From Acidobacteriota bacterium (GTDB lineage: Bacteria; Acidobacteriota; UBA6911; JACQSX01): a stretch of 64,000 nt of DNA. The notes under the pieces are model-generated. The model was not told the origin of the DNA and made no database searches. It saw only the letters and a program-made list of their open reading frames with translations. Location: NCBI GenBank assembly GCA_036507075.1, contig DASXQR010000097.1:1-64000 (forward strand). The letters are read 5' to 3'. Both the position numbers and the translations under genes were made by a program. Positions 59,371-64,000 of the stretch are shown here, in pieces. Every line of letters starts with the position of its first letter. The stretch's first letter is position 1.

Positions 59371-60288
59371 TTACTCTTCTTCCATCTGCATCGCAAATCG
59401 CGCGGCTCCCAAAGCACCCGAAAAATCTCCCAGCGTAGCGGGCAGTAGTTTGACTCGAACACCTGACGGGCGCCACTCATACTTATCAAGAAATCGATTC
59501 AGCGGTTCAAAAAGGACTTCTCCGGCCCGCGCCACTCCGCCGCCGATGATTACCGCTTCCGGATCGAGAATGTTAATCAGGGAAGCTACTGCCGCAGCCA
59601 GGTCCTGAACTGATTTCAGCCAGATGGAAGAGGCCACGGCATCTCCGCGTTTGACATCTTCCAGCAGTTGGTGCGCGTTTGCGTATCGGCCCTGAGAACG
59701 CTGCGAGAGGCCGCATTCTCCCACCGCGGCTTCCAGACTTCCAGGCATTCCCACAATATCCTGGGAACCGTCGGGATCCAAAGTGATGTGTCCAATGTGG
59801 CCGGTGCGCCCGCATCGTCCCTGCACCAGGCTGCCCTGGATCAGAATAGCCCCACCCACTCCGGTGCCGAGCGTCAGCAGGATAACGTCCTGATAACCGT
59901 GCGCGGCGCCCAGCCAGTGTTCTCCCACAAGGGCCGCATGCGCGTCATTCAGCACCGGCACCGTGCGGGTGCGCGCCAGGAACCGGCTCCAGTCCAGACC
60001 TTCCAGGCCGGCCAGGCGTCCCGGCATGAGAGCAATGGTTCGATTATCGGGCGAAGCGAGCCCGGGGGCCGCAATTCCCAGCCAGTGTGCCGCCCCGTTG
60101 CGTTCTTCTAAATTCGCGGCCAGTCGTTTTACCGTTTCGGCCCAGATGGGAACGGAAGGCTGCCCAAGTCCGATTTTGTCTCGCGTCGGCTCCCGAATCT
60201 CATGCAAGACCGCTCCCGCTTCGGTCACTGCCACCATCTTGATGTTGGTGGCGCCCAGATCGATACCGATTCCGTAATGTTGGGCCAT
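59371..60288 (-). CDS. ROK-family sugar kinase
   Basis: 'GIDLGATNIK', 'NDAHAA..GE' and 'TLGTGVGGA'. Confidence 0.9.
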   Translation of the reverse strand: MAQHYGIGIDLGATNIKMVAVTEAGAVLHEIREPTRDKIGLGQPSVPIWAETVKRLAANLEERNGAAHWLGIAAPGLASPDNRTIALMPGRLAGLEGLDWSRFLARTRTVPVLNDAHAALVGEHWLGAAHGYQDVILLTLGTGVGGAILIQGSLVQGRCGRTGHIGHITLDPDGSQDIVGMPGSLEAAVGECGLSQRSQGRYANAHQLLEDVKRGDAVASSIWLKSVQDLAAAVASLINILDPEAVIIGGGVARAGEVLFEPLNRFLDKYEWRPSGVRVKLLPATLGDFSGALGAARFAMQMEEE

Positions 60289-60334
60289 TCTTGGTCGCCG
60301 CCGTCGCAAAAGAAACCGGGGGGCTTTGGGAAAT

Positions 60335-61123
60335 TCAGTACTGGCCTTCACTCACGTCCCAGCCGCCATCAACGGCAAGAACCTGGCCGGTGGTAAATCG
60401 AGAATCGTCGGACATGAAGTAAATCGCGGCCGCATCCAAATCGGCGGGCTTGCCAATGCGTCCCCCATCCAGCGGCTGCTTTGTCTTGATGAATTTCATG
60501 ATAACGTCGTTCTCCGCAGCGCGGCGCGACATCGGCGTTTCCACCAGAGCCGGCGCAATCACATTGAAGCGAATATTCTGAGGGGCATAATAGGCTGCCA
60601 ATGCCCGCGTCATCCCGATCGCTGCAGCTTTGGCCGCTGCGTAACCATGCGTTGCAAAGTGGCCGGGAGAAGGCGAGTACGCCAGCACTGAACTGATGTT
60701 CAGAACACTGCCACCTGTCTTTTGCTTCTGAAACTGCTTTACCGCACCCCTGTTTGAATACATCAGTGAAGTCAGATTCAGACGAATAGTTGCATCCCAC
60801 CCGCTGTCACTGAGTTCGTGCAGGGGGCCATCGCCGATTTCGCGCCCGCTGCCGCCGGCCACGTGATACAGGCCGTGGAAACCGCCAAACGTGATCAGCG
60901 CTTCCCGTATGGCGCGCTCAGCGGTGTTGGGCGACTGAGCGTCCCCGGCCAGCACGAGCGCCGCATCGCCAAGCTCGCGCGCGGCAATTTCGATCTTCTC
61001 TGACTGGCGGCCCACGATAACCACTCTGGCTCCCGCCGCGACAAAAGCTTGCGCGGCCGAATAGCCGATTCCACTGGTGCCCCCGATGATAACCAGGGTC
61101 TTGTCAGCGAGCATCGCAGTCAT
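60335..61123 (-). CDS. SDR-family oxidoreductase
   Basis: 'GGTSGIG' and 'YAAAK'. Confidence 0.92.
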   Translation of the reverse strand: MTAMLADKTLVIIGGTSGIGYSAAQAFVAAGARVVIVGRQSEKIEIAARELGDAALVLAGDAQSPNTAERAIREALITFGGFHGLYHVAGGSGREIGDGPLHELSDSGWDATIRLNLTSLMYSNRGAVKQFQKQKTGGSVLNISSVLAYSPSPGHFATHGYAAAKAAAIGMTRALAAYYAPQNIRFNVIAPALVETPMSRRAAENDVIMKFIKTKQPLDGGRIGKPADLDAAAIYFMSDDSRFTTGQVLAVDGGWDVSEGQY

Positions 61124-61456
61124 GGGGATCTGTATTGCAATCTGGAGGAGTCTTGTCTGAGTCTAAATGGGGTGTCAAGGTCGATTTCACCTCGGTAGCG
61201 GTCAGTTTCGCTTTTCCTGCCAGGTCCACGAGTTGCCACGAAGGCACGAAGACAGAAGGTTTCCCGTATTTATCCTGAAGTGATACGTTACCAAATCCAC
61301 AATAATGTTCCTGAAAGTGGCACTCTAAGATCAGGCTAGATCTTTGTGACTTCGTGACTTCGTGGCAACTCGTGGACCTGGGCGGTTCGGTTGCCGGTGA
61401 AAACTCGTGGCCTTGGTGCTTTCGCAGCGATTTCTTTCACGCTAAGATTCACGGGC

Positions 61457-62491
61457 ATGAACCGCCCTCCCCTTCGCACCACCGTGATTGGCAGTTATCC
61501 GTTTCCTGGATGGCTTGAGTTTGCCTGCCGGCATCTTGATAAATTCGGCACGGACGACGTGGAGGAAATGATCCAAGACGCGGTGGTCGCCGCCATCCAC
61601 GATCAAATGAACGCCGGCCTGGATGTAATCACCGATGGCGAGCAAACCCGCCTCGATTTCAATCTGTCCTTCTACGGCTTTCTTGAAGGGATTGAGCGAG
61701 AAACCGAGACGGCTCGACGTTTCGGCCCTCCCGCTCACGACCAGCGGGGTAAACATCCCGTGACCGGTGAAATCCGGGCGCCGCGAGGATTGGGCGTGGT
61801 TGATGAATTCGCACGCCTGAAAAAGCTGGCGCCTAAAGGTCCCGCATTAAAGGCCAGCGTGCCGGGTCCCTATACGCTGAGCGGGCGCCTGATTCCGAAT
61901 GCGGCATATCCGGATCGATACGCGCTGACAGAGGCGCTGCTGCCGATTGTGCGTGCAGAACTGGAAGCGCTGGTACGAGCCGGCTGCACCGAGATTACGG
62001 TAGACGAGCCATCGATGAGCTGCTATGCGCACCGGGAAGATCCCGAGCGCTTCGTCGAAATCTTTAACCGCACCGTTGCGCCCGTTTCAGGAAAGTGCCG
62101 GCTCTCGATTCATCTCTGTTTCGGGAACTACAAGGGCAGAGCGGTGGGCTTGCGTCGCTACGCGCCCATGTTCCCGGCATTTCTGGAAATGAACGTGGAT
62201 GAAATTCACGTCGAAATGGCGAGCCGTGAATTTGCCGAGATTGAGCTAATCGGCCCGATCAGCGACCGAAGAGACGTGGCGGTGGGAATCGTCGATGTAA
62301 AGAGCTATTACATCGAAACCGAAGAAGACATAGCCCATCGCGTGCGGCTCTGCCTGCGTCACGCGCCGCCGCAGCGTGTCTCCTTTGCGCCTGACTGCGG
62401 CCTCAGCCAGACAGCGCGGTGGGCTGCACGGATCAAACTGAAGAACATGGTAGCCGGCGTAAGGCGGGTGCGGGAGGAATTGGGGGGCTAG
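61457..62491 (+). CDS. cobalamin-independent methionine synthase II-like protein (MetE C-terminal domain only)
   Basis: 'TTVIGSYP', 'ITDGEQ', 'GPYTL', 'HLCFGN' and 'PDCGL'. Confidence 0.85.
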   Translation: MNRPPLRTTVIGSYPFPGWLEFACRHLDKFGTDDVEEMIQDAVVAAIHDQMNAGLDVITDGEQTRLDFNLSFYGFLEGIERETETARRFGPPAHDQRGKHPVTGEIRAPRGLGVVDEFARLKKLAPKGPALKASVPGPYTLSGRLIPNAAYPDRYALTEALLPIVRAELEALVRAGCTEITVDEPSMSCYAHREDPERFVEIFNRTVAPVSGKCRLSIHLCFGNYKGRAVGLRRYAPMFPAFLEMNVDEIHVEMASREFAEIELIGPISDRRDVAVGIVDVKSYYIETEEDIAHRVRLCLRHAPPQRVSFAPDCGLSQTARWAARIKLKNMVAGVRRVREELGG

Positions 62492-62697
62492 CGATGGAAG
62501 GATGGAGGGATGGAGGGATGGAGGGATGGAGAGATGGAGGGATGGAGAGATGGAGAGATGGAGGGATGGAGCGATGGAGAGATGGAGAGATGGAGAGATG
62601 GAGGGATTGCCCTCCTGTTCCTCCATCTCTCAGTCCCTCCATCCCTCTTTCCCTCAGTCCCTCCATCCCTCAATCCCTCAATCCCTCAGTCCCTTCA
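62492..62697. repeat. long 8-nt tandem repeat palindrome (GATGGAGA/GATGGAGG ... TCCCTCAG)
   Basis: More than 10 tandem 8-mers followed by the complementary arm. Confidence 0.9.
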
Positions 62698-63533
62698 TCT
62701 ACCGTCCAGCGCTCGCCGCAGCGCAGGAGCTTGTGCGGTTGCCGCAGCCGCTCGGCTTCGGCTACGAATTCGTCAGGCGACGCGGTGTTGAACTGAAACA
62801 TCTCATAGTGGCACGGGATGACCAGCCCGGCCCCCATGCTTTTGGCGAGAGCGGCGGCTTCAGGTCCGGTCAGATTTCCAGCGACCCGGCGCGCCCGGGA
62901 GCGTCCATTGATCGGAAGCAGCGCCACAGTGACGTTATAACCGCGCAGTCTTTCCGCCAATCCGTCGTAATCAACGGTGTCGCCGCTGTGATAGACCGTC
63001 CAGCACCCGAATCGAATGACATAGCCGAGAAACCGGCAGCGCCCCTGTTCGTCGCGTTGAATTTCCTCGTGGGCGGAAGCGACGCCAATGAAACGAAATG
63101 GTCCGACGTGCACCATCAGGCTGTCATCAATGCCCAGCAGCGCGTCCGCTGAAATTCCCAGGCGCTGCGCCGCAAAATCACGGTTTGCGCTGGGGACGAT
63201 CATCTGCGCAGCCGGATTTTTCCGCAAGATTGGGACCACCGTTTCTGCGTCCAGATGGTCCGAATGATTGTGGCTGGAGCTGATCACTTCGATGAAGTCC
63301 AGCCGGTCGGGGGCTACGACACGCGCCGTCATTCTCACATGCGGCTTGTCGGTGCCTGCGTATTTCCGGGTAAGTGAGTCAGAGAGGTAAGGATCAATCA
63401 GAAGGTGGTGGCACTGCCACCGGATCAAGAATCCGCTCTGGCCCAGCCACCAGAGATGAAAAACATCCTGATTCTTCTGCGCTCCCTTCACGTCGGCCAG
63501 AAACTGATCATCCTTCAAAACGGGTTGTATCAT
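62670..63533 (-). CDS. MBL-fold metallo-hydrolase (UlaG-like)
   Basis: 'WLGQSGF', 'IDPYLS', 'SHNHSDHLD', 'HSGDT' and 'IPCHY'. Confidence 0.9.
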   Translation of the reverse strand: MIQPVLKDDQFLADVKGAQKNQDVFHLWWLGQSGFLIRWQCHHLLIDPYLSDSLTRKYAGTDKPHVRMTARVVAPDRLDFIEVISSSHNHSDHLDAETVVPILRKNPAAQMIVPSANRDFAAQRLGISADALLGIDDSLMVHVGPFRFIGVASAHEEIQRDEQGRCRFLGYVIRFGCWTVYHSGDTVDYDGLAERLRGYNVTVALLPINGRSRARRVAGNLTGPEAAALAKSMGAGLVIPCHYEMFQFNTASPDEFVAEAERLRQPHKLLRCGERWTVDEGTEGLRD

Positions 63534-63554
63534 GGGAGTTGACCACGGGATTGA

Positions 63555-63660
63555 GCACGAATTATCACGAATTTCACGAATTTCACGAAGCTATTTGGAA
63601 TTTTACGAACTTAACTCAAAAGATTCGTGAAATTCGTGTCATTCGTGCAAATTCGTGATC
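63555..63660. repeat. palindromic element with 9-nt units (CACGAATTT / AAATTCGTG)
   Basis: Tandem CACGAATT units and complementary ATTCGTG units. Confidence 0.8.
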
Positions 63661-64000
63661 AACTCAAGGAACGGCTTTCCCCACGATTTCATTCGCGCTT
63701 CCAGCTTTTCCGTGCAGTCGCAATCGCAGCACGCCCATGGCTCTGTTCCGTTCTCATCAAGACACTGGCGGCGATCGTGGGCATCCTGGATCTTCACCAG
63801 ATCGAAATACTCCTCCCAGTACGGGCGCTCCTCCTCGAGCGGCGTCCAGCAGAAGCACACTTCCAGCCAGTGCACAGAGCCGTCATCGAGGACCCGCGCC
63901 TGAAACATGTCGCGCACATATTCATCGCCGGCGATGGAACCTTTTCCGAGCGCTCCGGATTCAATCGCATCCCGCAGAGCCTTCTCTTTGCCGGGTTTCA
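63639..64000 (-). CDS. Cys-rich hypothetical protein, 5' end outside the window
   Basis: 'WLEVCFC..PLEEERPYWEEYF...WACCDCDC'; the frame is open to the window edge. Confidence 0.7.
   Translation of the reverse strand, partial: KPGKEKALRDAIESGALGKGSIAGDEYVRDMFQARVLDDGSVHWLEVCFCWTPLEEERPYWEEYFDLVKIQDAHDRRQCLDENGTEPWACCDCDCTEKLEARMKSWGKPFLELITNLHE

Noticed and set aside
62492..62697. Tandem repeats and overlapping 'MEGWRDG' ORFs as a CRISPR array or repeat protein
   Set aside because: 8-nt units with no unique spacers; the ORFs are artefacts of a low-complexity repeat.

Overview
GC-rich bacterial chromosomal window. An Acidobacteriota-like origin is suggested by the Oar-type TonB-dependent receptor and the intergenic palindrome families, but this is inference. 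Bases ~1-18,400 form a defence island of intact and decayed toxin-antitoxin pairs. The island surrounds an intact type I-G (formerly I-U) CRISPR interference operon on the minus strand: csb1/cas7, csb2, cas3 with C-terminal HD, and csb3/cas8u2-like. No cas1, cas2, cas4 or conventional array is visible in the window. The most striking feature is that the operon is headed by an ECF-type sigma factor gene (11355..11906). Divergently beside it lies a two-repeat, one-spacer CRISPR mini-array (12033..12142). The first 18 nt of its spacer match the DNA 45-62 bp upstream of the sigma start codon at 17/18 positions, the only mismatch being at position 6, next to a 5'-TTT PAM. This looks like RNA-guided, Cascade-mediated control of a sigma factor. 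Nearby are two cas3 relics, a duplicated ~310-bp promoter/leader unit, an MNT-HEPN pair and a WYL regulator. The remainder (18.6-64 kb) is mostly ordinary: TonB receptor, sigma54-controlled ABC/efflux operon, two-component and CheB/CheR genes, hydrolases and a probable amino-sugar catabolic gene set. It is interspersed with many MITE/REP-like palindromes. All calls come from reading the sequence and recognising motifs; no database searches were run.
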